From assembly GCF_963921235.1 (NCBI RefSeq), contig NC_086097.1:84570001-84634000 (forward strand): a DNA stretch of 64,000 nucleotides, given 5' to 3'. Shown here piece by piece: positions 37,643-50,710 of the stretch. The DNA comes from Mobula hypostoma. Its lineage: Eukaryota. Every line of letters begins with the position of its first letter. Within the stretch, counting starts at the first letter, position 1. The notes beneath the pieces are model-generated. The model ran no database searches. It worked only from the letters and a program-made list of their open reading frames with translations, and was not told the DNA's origin. Both the position numbers and the translations under genes were made by a program.

Positions 37643-38554
37643 TCTGCTGCCCTTACTATGCATCTGTACACAGCTATGCAACGAGTTAAACAACTTCTCA
37701 CATATTGCTTGAGATGGAAGCTTTCTTCAGAGTTTTTAATGAGATCTCTTTACTGAGAAACTGCAGTAAGTTCAGTAAAATAACTATTAAATTCAATAGA
37801 GAATCAATGCTGTAACATTGAAGCAGGTTTATGGGTTTGGTGAGTGAGACAGAAAACATTGACTGTGAATGAGTATATTAATCATTTATTTACAATCAGT
37901 AAAAATTCAACCATGCCTTCATCTTCCCCCAAGTTACACAAACTACAAAGTTGAATTTGCAGCCAACAGATACTTAGTTAAAAGTGCACGTGAAGCTTAC
38001 CTTCAAGGGCTCTGCACAGCATGCCTTAGACAAAGGGAGAGAGAGAGAAGCTCCCACACATGCTACTCTTCATACCCTGGATACCCGAAACAGGACACTA
38101 GGTAACCAAACAATGGGAAGAGCAGCTGCAGTTTTTAAACTAACCAATCATGATAGAAGCAGCTTTTGACAAGCAGGATAAGCCAAGCCTCCCACAGGAC
38201 GATTGCACCCCTAAATATACTATTACTAATACTTCTGATTCGTCTGTGTTAACCTGGTAATATACGTATGCAACACTCCATAACTACACAGTGTAAACAA
38301 GAGTAAGATAATTGCAAAAAGCTAAGCTTAAGCATAATATTCCCTTCAAATTATATCTACTAATTGGTTACCAATATAACCAAAAATATTGCTGTTTCAG
38401 GGGCAAATAAAGAGAGGACAGAGATGTATGTCTCTCCACCTTACATCTCAAATTGAGTCAAAAATTAACCCGTGCAGGATATGATATGGAAAACAGCTCA
38501 CATATAGGCAGAGATGTTCATAGAAAATGAACTGTGCCTCTGGAGGTCAAAACA
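37643..38554 (-). repeat. BEL 3' LTR
   Basis: Both ends match 44013-44263 (GCATCTGTACACAGCTATGCA..GAGTTAAACAACTTCTCA; ATTGCTGTTTCA.GGGCAAATAAAG). Confidence 0.8.
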
Positions 38555-41262
38555 CTGACAGTCTGGCATCCATGGGATGTCAAACGTAACTACTGAAACT
38601 AAAAGTCAAATGATCATTTCACTAAGTGTTTGGTAAAAGAAGTACAGTCTCAGAGAAAGGTCTTGAAAACAGTCTTACTACACAGAATTTATTCTCACAT
38701 CAAAAATGCTGGCCTTGATAACATATTTGCTTGTGATGAGCAGAGAAGTAACATGGTGCTCACCCAGAATGGTGATTGGGTGAGATACCTCTTAAATGAG
38801 TCACTGTTTCTTAATATATCCTCTGTCTTGCAGTAGCCCCTCAGAGTCAAGAAAGGGACAGAGTTTACTAATGGGGCTTTGTTTTGGGAGAGATTCCTGC
38901 TTTGCAATGCTCTGTATAAACTTGCCTTTGAACAACAAGAAGGATTCTATCCTTTGCCTGATTCCATTGCTCTGTGCTGAGAGGTTGCTTACAGATGTGC
39001 CAAGCATTGCAAAGTCTGTCTTTGTCTACTGCTGTTGAGGAACAAGCAATTTGTGAGAGCTGGCCTGTTGCTCTAGTAAGTGACTTCCAGTCTGAAAAGC
39101 ACTCAAAGCATGGACTGTGAATTTGGAGCGGTGAAAAATGAGTGATGTTTGAAGACATATTTCTGCATCTGCTTCAGGGACAGCTAAGCCAAACGATTCC
39201 TGCTGACAAAATTCCTGCTGAGAACCCACCAGGAATGCTGGCCAGTTAACCATGGTGAGCTGATCCTGCTATAAGAGGGCTTAGAGCCCTCTTATAGCAG
39301 GATCAGCCAGTCTGAGATCAAAAGGAACATAATCCCACTGGCTCTTCCGGGTTGATTGCCTGATACGGTTGATCCTATTATATACATAATTATAGAATCT
39401 CTTTGCTTCATTAAATATATAACTGAGCACAACCTTGCTGTTGGTAAAGAACTTGATATCGTCTAGTTGTGTGTCCTGCTCTTTGGTTATCATCTCTGCC
39501 ATCTCATTATCGAATTCAAGCCTTGGTGCAGTGAGAACTGGTTTGGGCGCAAGCTTTGCCTTGCCCAGTATGAATCCAACTTCACTATGTCCAGCAGCAT
39601 CTGTGACCTTCAGGTGCACAAACACAGCAATAGTTTCAGTTGACACCTCACAGAAGATGCAGACCTCTTTCCTTTGAGCTGTAGATAGTGGAATGTAGGT
39701 TCTTGGAATTTTCAAGTCTTTAAGATCCTGAAGGGAAGAATACGCTGCTTATGTTTCTCTTTAATGTATGGGACATCCTGCCCACAAGTATCTGAGGTCA
39801 ATTCTCTTAACATGTAGCGTCCCTGGATACTGACTGGAGCTGCAAGTCCAAGAGGGTCAAATAGGCTATTGATAGTCAAAATCATGCCACAACATGTCAA
39901 GGGACTTTCGATAAAAGCAACCTGGACTGTAAGGGTGTCGGTAACAAGGTCCCATCCAAGGCCCAAACTGTGCTGCATAGGAGGGAGGTCATATCCAAGA
40001 TCAAGATTCTGTACTCCTTTGGCCAAATCTTCAGACGGGAAACATTGCCTGACCTCTGCACTCTTGGACCAATCTTACACAGTCTGAGCCTTATGCACCA
40101 ACATGTCTTGCACTGCTTTCAGCACTCTGTTTCTTCTGCACTAGAAAATGATTGGGATCACCCTCAACATAGAAATGCCTCTCTGTGTACCTCCATGATT
40201 CGGTTCTGAATTCCCCCTCTCCGACAGCTGTCCCCTTAAGACCATAGATTGCCACAGCTGGCAAGGGGCAGTTACCAAAGACATGGACTCTCATCCAATA
40301 CTCCAGAATCTTGTTGCCCTGTTGGAGGTCATGAAACCACAAGGATCTGAGGGGGTCGATGATCCTCTCTCACTGGGAAGCTGTGGAGCATTTGTTTGAT
40401 GTCTGCCATCACTGCGACAGACTCAGTTCTGAAACACACAAGGACCCCAAGCAGACCGTTATTGAGGTCTGAACCACGCAAGAACACATTGTTCAGTGAT
40501 ACACCTTTGAACTGTGCACTTAAATTAAAGATAATCTGCATTTGTTCTGGGGGCGGTAAAAACCAAAGTTAGGCAAACACCAGTTTTCTTTGTTGGGATC
40601 TGGTGGAGGAGCTAGCTCAGCATGCTTGTCCTTGAAGGGACTCTCCATGAACCCCGTGTATCGATCTTTCATTTCTGATTTCCTACTCAATGTGTGACTG
40701 AGGGACATGAGTTGACTAAGGGCCAGCTCTCCGTTGTTCGGTAGGAGTTGTGGAGAGCAAAAAGGAAGGAGAACTACCTATCTGCCAGATCTGCTTGAGT
40801 AGAGGTAAGTATGTCAGGGCGTTTGATTTGCTTATCACCAATCTTCCCTTTCATATAGATTCTACTCTCACAGGGAAGGAAATAACGTGGGCACTAGTTT
40901 TAAATGCACTGACAGTGGGCTAATGAGCACCATCGAGGCAGACTTCACCCACCGTGACCCAGTCCAGATCCAGGTGCATTGCACTGTTCAAGTACCTTAT
41001 GTGCATTAGGAGAATCTCAGCAGAAGAATTAAGTGGGGGTATCTTGTCAGCTCTGGCCTTAAGATGTGAATAACCATGTGTAGCTTGGGGAGTTTGGAAT
41101 TCATCACTGTTGTCGGGAATATGGTTGCGGTGAGGGTTGGTAAGGGTAGGCAGATCTCCTCTCTGTTGACACCATGCCAAATCCACTGGCTCTTCTTCCA
41201 GCAAATTCTGATGTTCCAGAACATGTCTTTAGAGTGTATGGGGAAACTGATATGTGCTGATC

Positions 41263-41805
41263 ACATAGAAACATAGAAAGGCTACAGCACAATACAGGCC
41301 CTTTGGCCCATAATGCTGCGCCGAACATGTACTTACTTTAGAAATTACCTAGGGTTACCCATAGTCCTCTATTTTTCTAAGCTCCATGTACCTATCCAGG
41401 AGTCTCTTAAAAGACCCTATCGTATCCACCTCCACCATCGTCGCCGGCAGCCCATTCCACACACTCACCACTCTCTGCGTAAAAAACTTACCCCTAACAT
41501 CGCCTCCGTACCTACTTCCAAGCACCTTAAAACTGTGCCCTCTCGTGTTAGCAATTTCAGCCCTGGGAAAAATCCTCTGACTATCCACATGATCAATGCC
41601 TCTCATCATCTTATACACCTCTATCAGGTCACCTCTCATCCTCCGTCACTCCAAGGAGAAAAGGCCGAGTTCACTCAACCTATTCTCATAAGGCATGCTC
41701 CCCAATCCAGGTGACATCCTTGTAAATCTCCTCTGCACCCTTTCTATGGTTTCCACATCCTTCCTATAGTGAGGTGACCAGAACTGAGCACAGTACCTCA
41801 AGTGG
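41263..41805 (-). mobile_element. CR1 LINE 3' end (young) nested in the BEL element
   Basis: YCAQFWSPHYRKDVETIERVQRRFTRM..RGDLIEVYKMMRG..TRGHSFK..FFTQRVVSVWNGLP; (CATAGAAA)n tail. Confidence 0.92.
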
Positions 41806-42206
41806 GCCATTGCTCTCAGTGCAGTGTCTGATAGCTTCACAGTTTTCTTGCTTGCTTGTTGTTGAGGCTCAGCACTTAAAAAATATTGAATGCTTTAGAA
41901 AGCGTTTGCACTCTGCAAATGTTCTTTCTTTCTCCGAATCCTCTGTATTCCCTTAAGGGCCGAAGATTCTTGTCGACTGGTCATTAGCTATTGAGGTTCA
42001 TGATGGAGTTTTCTACTTCAGTTTTGTTGACTGTGATAGGGGCCCTGGTTTTCCATGCTTCTGCTGGAGACCTCTCTTTGAATGGCCTGTTACTGGAACT
42101 TGACAGCATAAAGCTTGGGTCATTTCGCCTTTCTGCATGGCAGCAGATGAAGTCCACAAAGAATGAAAATGGTGAATAGGGGCCATGACGCTTCATTGTA
42201 TACTTG

Positions 42207-42764
42207 TGTAATGCGCTATAATGTTTCACTGCTAGGGTAATGGTTTCTCTGTAACAGCAATGTTTGGGTTATGACGAGAGATAACGGGGCCTTTGGAACG
42301 TATGTCAGTCAATGAGCAGGATGTTGTTCTTTCTTGTGGGTCTGGGAGCAGGAATTTTGCAGTCTTTTGCCGGGGAGAAATGAGGAGAGAAGACGCGAGT
42401 GGAGAGAGTTGGTAGACTGCCAGACGGAGTGGTGGAGGAGCAACGGTCTGAGGGTCGGCTACACTCAGAGGAGGTCGACGGGGAACAAATGAACAGAACC
42501 GTGAGCTCCAGTGTTGTGCATTAGATTGCTTCATGAGAATGGGCCCTTTTCTTTTTTTTTTGTTTCTTTACTAACCATATAGTCAAATTAAGAATTATAA
42601 AGCTCAATCGTTTAATCACATATTGTGTACTGTTTGTTATTTCATGGTACTGATTTGTAACAGGGGACACCGTGCAGCATCCACCCAAACAAGGTTTCTT
42701 AAGTTTGGCCAGGCCAAGGGCTGTCTTCCCCTAGGTTAAGCCACTAGCCGAACCGAGAGTTACA
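42207..42764. mobile_element. Solo LTR (TGTAA...TTACA) nested in BEL gag
   Basis: Terminal TGTAA/TTACA; near-TSD CTTG/TTTG; homologous to 60484-61047. Confidence 0.85.
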
Positions 42765-44012
42765 TTTGAAACATAGCTTTCCACTCTTCTTGAATATTGT
42801 TTTTGTAGTTTCTCCATTATAGGGTTTATTTCTTTTGCTGTATCCAAGAAACTCAGCCCGAGTAGGTAGCCTTCATTTTTTGCAGTTCCAATAACAAGCT
42901 CCTGTAGCTACTGTGTTCTTTGTGTGAGAGCACTAGAAAATTATCGGGTATGCTGAAGAAGGATTCTTTGAGAGTCAGAGCCTTTGTCCAACCTCTGTAA
43001 ACCCTTAGCTGGATTATTAATAGGAACTGCCCTATCCCTTCAGATGTTGCAGTGACGCCCCATCAAGCCACTCACAGAGGAGGTTTAGCTCTTCACTAGC
43101 TTTGAGATTTAATGGTTCCACAGCACTGCGAAAGCTCGAATTCTAGGACAAATAACTGGCAGACTGGTTGTTGAACACTGTTAGTCCTGCTGTGATTAGG
43201 TTCCAATGGGCCAGATACCAAGCCAGCTCTAACGTACCTGCTGCTCCTGAATGAGAGCATTGTTGAGATTGGTTTGCCAAATGTGTTTCCTGGGATGGTT
43301 GGAAGTTCAGTCTGTCTATCTCTGTGCAGATGGGATTGACATCAGTAGCTACTCTTGGTGCGGTCTTTTCTGTGATGAAACTGCAGAAGGGGGTGTTGTT
43401 GCTGAATGTCAATACCGTAACTATGAGAAAGGCATGTAGGCTGCTTGGTGTGGCCAGCTACTCCTTGTAGAGTGGGTCACATCATGCAGCACTGTCTTTT
43501 TCATAGTCAAAATGCATTTGGACATATTCTTTAGTAAGATGCATTGACTGCTGTGATGGCAAAGCACAACTAATTCCAATTATACACTCACCACCTTCTA
43601 CGTCACCTGCCACTTCATGCACCTTTGCCTCTGCTGAGGCAGCCTCAGCTTCACACTCTTCCTTGAGTGCACTTAATGTAGCCTCTACACATGCTCGTTC
43701 CCTGTCGCTAAATGCTTTCTCCATGTATGCCGGTGATATTAAACCTGATTCTCAGCTTCCTACATTTGCATCTCAACTACATGCTTAGCAAACTCTGCTC
43801 TCATTCTTGCCATTTCACCTCCTGCTGCAACTATGCTAAATTGTGGCTCAATTTACAGTTGAGCATCATAAAGACACGATAGATGAGTCACATTCTGAAC
43901 TGATTTCCAGGTCTTGGTGATTGACCTTGCTTGGATTGGAAGCTGACATTATCGGCAATGGAATTCCGACATGTCTCCGGTCTCGGCCTCTGAAGACAAG
44001 TTCTCTTTTCAC

Positions 44013-44263
44013 TCTACTGCCCTGACTGCGCATCTGTACACAGCTATGCAGTGAGTTAAACAACTTCTCAAAAATCACCAATAGATTCAGATTCACATAA
44101 ATTGCTGTTTCAAGGGCAAATAAAGGGAGGATAAAGACTTGTTTCTTTCCACCGTGCGCTTCAAATCGAATCAAAAACTAACCACACACACAGGAAATTA
44201 TATGAAAAACTGCTTACGCTTAGGAAGTGATGTTCTTACAAAATGAACAACGCTTCCAGAACA
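44013..44263 (-). repeat. BEL 5' LTR, internally deleted
   Basis: Starts TGTTCTGG on the minus strand; ~660 bp shorter than the 3' LTR. Confidence 0.8.
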
Positions 44264-46614
44264 TGAATAATCTTAAGATCAAAGCAGAAAGAGTAGTCCC
44301 AATTGATATAATTGCCAACAACTTCTTTTCTTGAAATTATTGAGCGTTGTTCATCCCATGAGTCATAGCTCAGATTGGAAAGACTTTGTAATAAAGTGAT
44401 TTAAAAAAAACTAAGAAACCTAGACCGTTTCTCTTAATTAATGAGGGGAACGATGAAGTTCTGTCATATTAGCCCAGATCATTTCCTCTTCAGTTGACAG
44501 CTCCCTAGAGAAATGCTAGCTGACAGCATTGCATGGATTGTTCTCTTCTTGACTTCTCTGTAATGCAGAAGTATAGAATGTTCAGTGGTTCATAGGAGAA
44601 CACCATATCGAATGTACCTGATCTGATGCATTTGCTTAATAACATAATGCTGAATACAATAAAAAGTGATTAGTTATTTCTCTTTATTTTACTACTAGTA
44701 TTTTAAATTGAGTTAATGTATGCATTTTTAAAAAAGTTATAACAACTTTAATTCATCCAATTATATTTATCAGGTCATTCACAGGACAAAAGGGGGGGGG
44801 GGCAGAACGGCAGAATTTACCACCTGAGACCCAGATGCAGCACATGGACTGGTTCGTTGTAATGAGGTCTGTAGTATGATTGAATATGCAAAGCAGTGCC
44901 AGGCTAATGTGGCCACTAGGTTGCAGAGGAAGCTATGTGGGACGAGCAGGGTGATTTTCCTTTAAAGAACTTGCACTTAAAATATGGATACCACCTGTTT
45001 CTAGTGAACCAAAACAGTATTAGCACAGATGTCATGTAAGTTCCTTGTCAAAAATTTGTGAAATCTGGTAAAGGACAGTTAAAGCAGTGTGAGAAAGAAG
45101 CATTAAAATAGGACCAGTCTGCTTCATATTCAATTATACTTTGCCAGGCTTTCAAGTGCATGCTCCATAGCATCCAGAGAGCAGAAACACACACATGGAC
45201 TGCTGGGGAGGAGAGAGAGGCTGCAGGCAAGAGGGACAGGTTCCGGATTTACAGAGGGGGACCTGCCAAAGAAAGGCATCCCAGTAGGAAGTCATGCATT
45301 ATGGAAGGTGGGCAGTAGCCCAACAATTGCCACCTCTAGGAATGAGAGTCCTTACATAATGGAGCAATTTTGGCAAGGTATCTCATATTGCACACACAAG
45401 CCCCGGCCGGTTCATCCCTAGATGAAGGTTGTTCTGCACCCTCTCCCCCTATCAGCCCACCATTCAAGAGATCAAGCCTCCAAAGCCAGCATAATAAAAG
45501 GGTCACTCAGTGTCCTTCATCTCCACCACTTAGACCTAATTTCTTCGGATTTTTATTTCCATTTCCTGAAGTGCGACTAATGGGAGAGTATTTGTAATCA
45601 GCTAGTACATACATAACAAAACAAATGGTTTTCTGCTGTGCCCTATGATCCCATTAATTAATCAAAAATTACTCAAAATTAATCAAAAGAAATTAATCAA
45701 ATTTGGCCATTTTACACTATAACCTAAAGTTAGAAGTGCCTATGTCTTTCTGTTAAAATGGCTGAGGGGAGGCAGTCAATTTAAAACAGGTATGTTCTGC
45801 TAAGATCATCACAGTGTGTATGTTTTACAAATGATTTTCTGTCATAACATGTGGATTTGGTCCAGGTGTCTGGTTACTTAAGTGAGAGAGCAATCCAATA
45901 TCCTTTTTTTTGTAGCAGACAGCTGATTTATACAGTTACTATTGCAACAATTCTGAATTATGCAAGTACTTACTAAAATTAACTTGTCTAATTTATCAAA
46001 TTCCATACAGTAATTATGCACTAATTTGATTAATCACAGATCAGAGTTAAATTTTACTCAACTTTATAATGCATTAATTCAGCATGCTTGTTTTATGATT
46101 TTAGCAATGACATAATGATTATTCACATTTAATCAACGAGTAATGCAGTTGAGAATTTACTTTAAGTAAAGCAGTTGTACCTTATCATTTACTTTGTCAA
46201 ATTAGAGATAACGAGATTGTCTTTATTCCATTTTGATGAGGTAAGACCTGAAAGAGGAGTTGATTTGTGCCTTTTTTTTTTACCTACTCTAGGGGTAGTT
46301 TTTGATTAACCATTGACTTTCTTACCCCACTCAATGGGATGTGGATGTCAGCAGCAACACTTGCAATTAATTGCCTTTGAGAAGCAGTGGTGAGTTAGCT
46401 CCCTGAACTGCAGCAGCGTGCACAGTAACAATGCATGTAGGTGGAGAGTTCAATGATGCCCAGCAATGATGAAAGATATTATGTTACAATAAAAAGGAGA
46501 AGGATGATCCATGCATCTAATTCTGTAAACTATTACCTTCATGAAGTGGGAAGTCACTCTCACTCTCCCAAGTTAGCTGTCATGTCTGCATTTGGACCAA
46601 GTCTGTTATGAAAC

Positions 46615-47500
46615 CACAAGACCATAAGACGTTGGAGCAGAATTAGGCCATTCGGCCTACGGGCTCTGCTCTGCCATTCAATGATGGCTGATTTATTATC
46701 CCTCTCAACCCTATTCTCCTGTCTTCTCCCTGTAACTTATGACGCCCTTACTAATCAAGAACTTATCAACTTCCACTTTAAATATGCTCAATGATTTGGC
46801 ATTCACAGCCATCTGTGGCAACGAATTCCACAGATTCACCACCCTTTGGCTAAAGAAATTCTTCCTTATCTCTGTTCTAAAGGGAAGTCCTTCTAATCTG
46901 AGGCTGTGCCCTCTGGTCCTAGACTTTCCAACTATTAGAGACATCATCTCCACATCCACTCTATCTAGACCTATTTGGTAGGTTTCTATGAGATCCACCC
47001 TAATTCTTATAAACCCCAGCACGAATAGGCCCAAAGCCACCAAACGCTCCTCATACATTAATCCTTTCATTCCTGGGATTAGTAAGCCTCCTCTGGACCA
47101 TCTCCAATGCCAGCACATCCTTTTTTGGAAATGGAGCACAATACTCCAAACTGCTCACAATACTCCAAATGCGGACTAACCAATGCCTTTTGTAAAGCCG
47201 TCACATTACATCCTTGCTTTTATATTCTAGTCCTCTGGAAACGAATACTAACATTCCTTTTGCTTTCCTTACTACTGATTCAGCTTGCACATTGACCTTT
47301 AGAGAACCCTTTACTAGGAGTCACAAGGTGTTTTGCACCTCCAATCTCTGAATTTGTTCCTTATTTAGAAAATAGGCCACCATAGCATGACCGTACACTA
47401 CCCTGCACTGTATTCCATCTGCCACTTCCTTGGACAATCCCCCAATGTGCCCAAGTCCTTCTGACGACCCTCTGCTTCCTTGGCATTACTTGCCCCTCCA
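46615..47500 (-). mobile_element. CR1 LINE 3' part
   Basis: ORF 46711-47139 YEERLVALGL..DLIETY..RTRGHSLRLEG..FFSQRVVNLWNSLP; (CCATAAGA)n tail. Confidence 0.9.
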
Positions 47501-48494
47501 CCTGTCAGGAAAGTCTGGAAACAAGTGTCCAAAAAGAACTGCAACTGAGCAGATTGTTTGTAATTAAGTTCTGCTTGATTGCACTGTGGGTGATTGTTTC
47601 CAGCAACTTGTAATGATTATGAGTTGGCTGATGGGACAGTTCTTGGGATGACGGAACTTGCCTGGCACCTTCTCCTGAGAGAGAGGGAAGAATGTCCGGA
47701 ATGCCGATGTGATATGCTTTATATAGCCAGGTGTCTTCCCAAAGCGTGTGAAGGTTGTGTTTATAGGTTGCAATATCACTAAACTGTGTTTATGACTTGG
47801 TATAACCTTGGGATGATGGAAAGCTATGTTGATTGATAGAGATGATTTTCAGGTATGCTGCATGAAGCAATGTGTCAGTGTGAATGCTGCCAGTTAACTC
47901 TAAATTACTTCTGGACTCTCAGAAATTCCTTAATTGTTAATAAAACATGGAGCAAAGTTCAAAGTTCAAAGTAAATTTTATTATCAGAGTACATATATGT
48001 CACCATATACAACTTCAGGATTCAAACCTTCAAGCCTCAACCTTATGCTTAAAATCCATCTGAGTTCACCTCACAAAAAATGAAAGTCTGTCTCTTTTTC
48101 CAGTTCCACAATTCACCAGCTATCTTTCCACCAAGTACATTAAATGTTTAAATTGTTAACAAGATTCCAACTCAAAGATAAGCATTGCAAATATTTATAA
48201 TATTTCATTCTGTGGCCCCAGCATATCTGGGAATGAGTAAAGGGAATGAAATATAGCTACACATTGGACATATCTGACACACACTGGCAGGGACCTGGGC
48301 AGAAGTTATTTGAACCTTGATTTCTCAATAGAGTCAGATGTAGCGCATACTGTATAAGGGCTGGAGGAGGTGACAGAAACAACCAAAATAGTGAAACATT
48401 TGACTCATGCCTCAAATGAGAGTTGTAATCTGATCACTGTTACTCAGTGGAGAAACATGCCCTGAGCCCACTAAGCCCCACTGAAGCCCACACT

Positions 48495-48650
48495 CAATGA
48501 TTTAGGAACAGCTTCTTCCTCTCCGCCATCACTATTTATTTATCTTGGAATTTATTGTAATTTTGTGTCTTTGAACTTTACTACTGCCACAAAAAAAACA
48601 GATTTCACATCATATGAGATAGTGATAATAAACCTGATTTTGATTCTGAA
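48495..48650 (+). mobile_element. Short Rex1 3'-end insertion
   Basis: TTTAGGAACAGCTTCTTC (FRNSFF), AATAAACCTGATTTTGATTCTG tail, flanked by CTGAAGCCC(C)AC repeats. Confidence 0.65.
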
Positions 48651-49109
48651 GCCCACTGAGTATCCATCTGTTGTGCCATTTACCAGCACTTAGATTGATC
48701 AGCATTGTTGATGCACTACAAGAGAAGAGAGGGTTACAGGGATCAGGCAGAAGAAGAGGAGAAATTTTATTGAATAATAGAGCAGGATTAAAGGTCTATA
48801 TGGTCTACACCCTCTCCAGTTTCCCATTTATGGGTTTATGAAACCTAACTGTACACAGGAAGCCAATGAACATTGAGGTAGAACAAGGTTTAAGGGGATT
48901 ACTCCTGGAATTCCTCACATAACTACTTCATCACAGACCTAGTGGCCTGAGAGTGGGGGTAGTGTTTTGTTGACCATTGCCCCACCTTGCCACCATTAAA
49001 ATAAATGCCCTGTGGGTGCACAGTGATTACATTCAGTGATCCCTCCCCTTCTTAAAAGTATGGCATCAGGTGGCATAGGCTTGCTTCAGTGGTGACACAA
49101 TTGTCTTGA

Positions 49110-49570
49110 AATTATCCAGATGCCTCACAGCTTGGTATGACAGCTGCTCTGCGCAACGCCACAAGAAATCACAGAGATTGCCCAGTCCACCATGCAAAGC
49201 AACCTCCCCTTCATTGATTCCATCTACATTTCCCACTGCCTCAGGAAAGCAGGCAACATAATCAAGGGCCCTTCCCATACCAGTCAGTCTCTGTTCTCTC
49301 CACTCCTGTTGAGTAGAAGCTTGAAGGCTGAGAGTTCAAGAGTCCATTGTTATCAGAATGCTAAACTCTTGAACACTTGATCTCACAATCTTCCTCACTG
49401 TGGTCCTTTCATTTTAAGTACACTTTCTCTGTAATTGCCACACAATGTCAGCATTCTGTTTTCTTTTTCCTGTATCAATGTAATTACGTATGGCATAATC
49501 TGACTGCATGGCATGCAAAATCGAAGTTCCTCGCTATACCTTGGTACATGAAACAGTAATAACTCTACAG
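49110..49570 (+). mobile_element. Rex1/Babar 3' end, decayed
   Basis: CLTAWYDSCSAQRHKK; LPFIDSIYISHCLRKAGNIIK; 3' UTR similar to 15120-15350. Confidence 0.75.
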
Positions 49571-50579
49571 TAATAAATTAATTGTGGTTAGTGTGGCCCA
49601 AAGCAAAAAAAAGATGGTTGATTTGTGTAAGTGCCTAGTGCTTTGCATGAGATACATACACTGAAATCTTACGTATCACAAGGACAAATTGAAGCAAGAC
49701 CCCTGCAGAGCAGCAAATCAGTAGGCATTTTTGTTGGTGATTGAATTTTTGGAGCTGGGATCAGAGAGGGAAAAGGAGATTAGTTGGTGCCAGAGGAGAG
49801 AGGAGGGTTGGGGTGTACAGGGTAGGTGATGTGGGAGGAAGTTGGAGGCTCCAAGGACCCAAGAGGTGATGGTGGAGCCTGAGATTCATGGGGTTGGAGA
49901 GTGGTGGTGGGTGAAAGGAAGCCACGGGGCACAGCAGCAGTAAGTAAGTCTTGCTCGGGGGGGGAGGGGGTGGCGGGCGGTCAAAGTCCAGGTTGGAGCC
50001 AGAGCTAGAAGCCGTGCAATTTGCAGTCTGAAGGTGTCCGGGGTCGTGGGAACCGGCACTGGCGGCGGTTGAATCCGAGTTCCCGATTGGCTTGGGGATT
50101 GTTGGAACTGGGGCTGGTGACAATAGTGTCACCGATCCAGAGGCGTCCAGAGGCATTGGAGCCGGCGGGTGGAGTCCACGAGATCCGTGATCTGCAGGCG
50201 TCCGATCAAATTGGGCCAAATGGAAGGCAGAAGAGATCGCAGTCTGGAGGCGTCCAAGGCCATTAGAGTTGGAGAGGGCAGGATCTGTACCCTGGAGACA
50301 GGCGATCTTCCGATCCTTATTGGTATTTTGGAATTTTTTACTCAAGAGATGATGGCTCTCATTAAATAATTCTCATAGACAAGCTTGTACATCTTGAAGT
50401 TAACTGAGTGTTGAGATCATGGCAAGCTTTTGGAGAGCTGCTGGAATGACAAGACATCTAACCACATTTAGTCTCCCGACTTGCATAGTATTTCCTTTGT
50501 CATGGATGAATGAGTAGAGCATTGCATCTTCAAATCTTGTTCCTTCAGCTTAAAACCGATAGAATTTATTTCACAAAAA

Positions 50580-50710
50580 AAATTAAGAGACTACTAGACA
50601 GGTATATGGGGGAATTTAAGGTGGGGGGTTATATGGGAGGCGGGGTTTAAGGGTTGGCACAACATCGTGGGCCAAAGAGCCCGTACTGTGCTGTACTATT
50701 CTATGTTCTA
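50580..50710 (+). mobile_element. CR1 3'-end fragment, same subfamily as 2660-3105
   Basis: TTAAGAGACTACTAGACAGGTATATG..GTACTGTGCTGTACTATTCTATGTTCTA. Confidence 0.9.

Larger units (their letters stand above)
37643..44263 (-). mobile_element. BEL/Pao LTR retrotransposon, decayed, with both LTRs
   Basis: gag FSFFVDFICCHAERRNDPSF; RT VAVMADIKQM and RVHVFGNCPLPAVAIYGL; SLFDPLGLAAPV; RNase H/A17 region GFILGKAKLAPKPVLTAPRLE..FTNSKVVLSYI; imperfect TSD TGAGT (37638-37642) / TGAAT (44264-44268). Confidence 0.9.

Noticed and set aside
37643..44263. Endogenous retrovirus or env gene
   Set aside because: Motifs are BEL/Pao-type and no env-like ORF is visible
49761..50345. 194-aa Pro-rich ORF as a host gene
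   Set aside because: Low complexity, no domain or splice support; open frame explained by GC-richness
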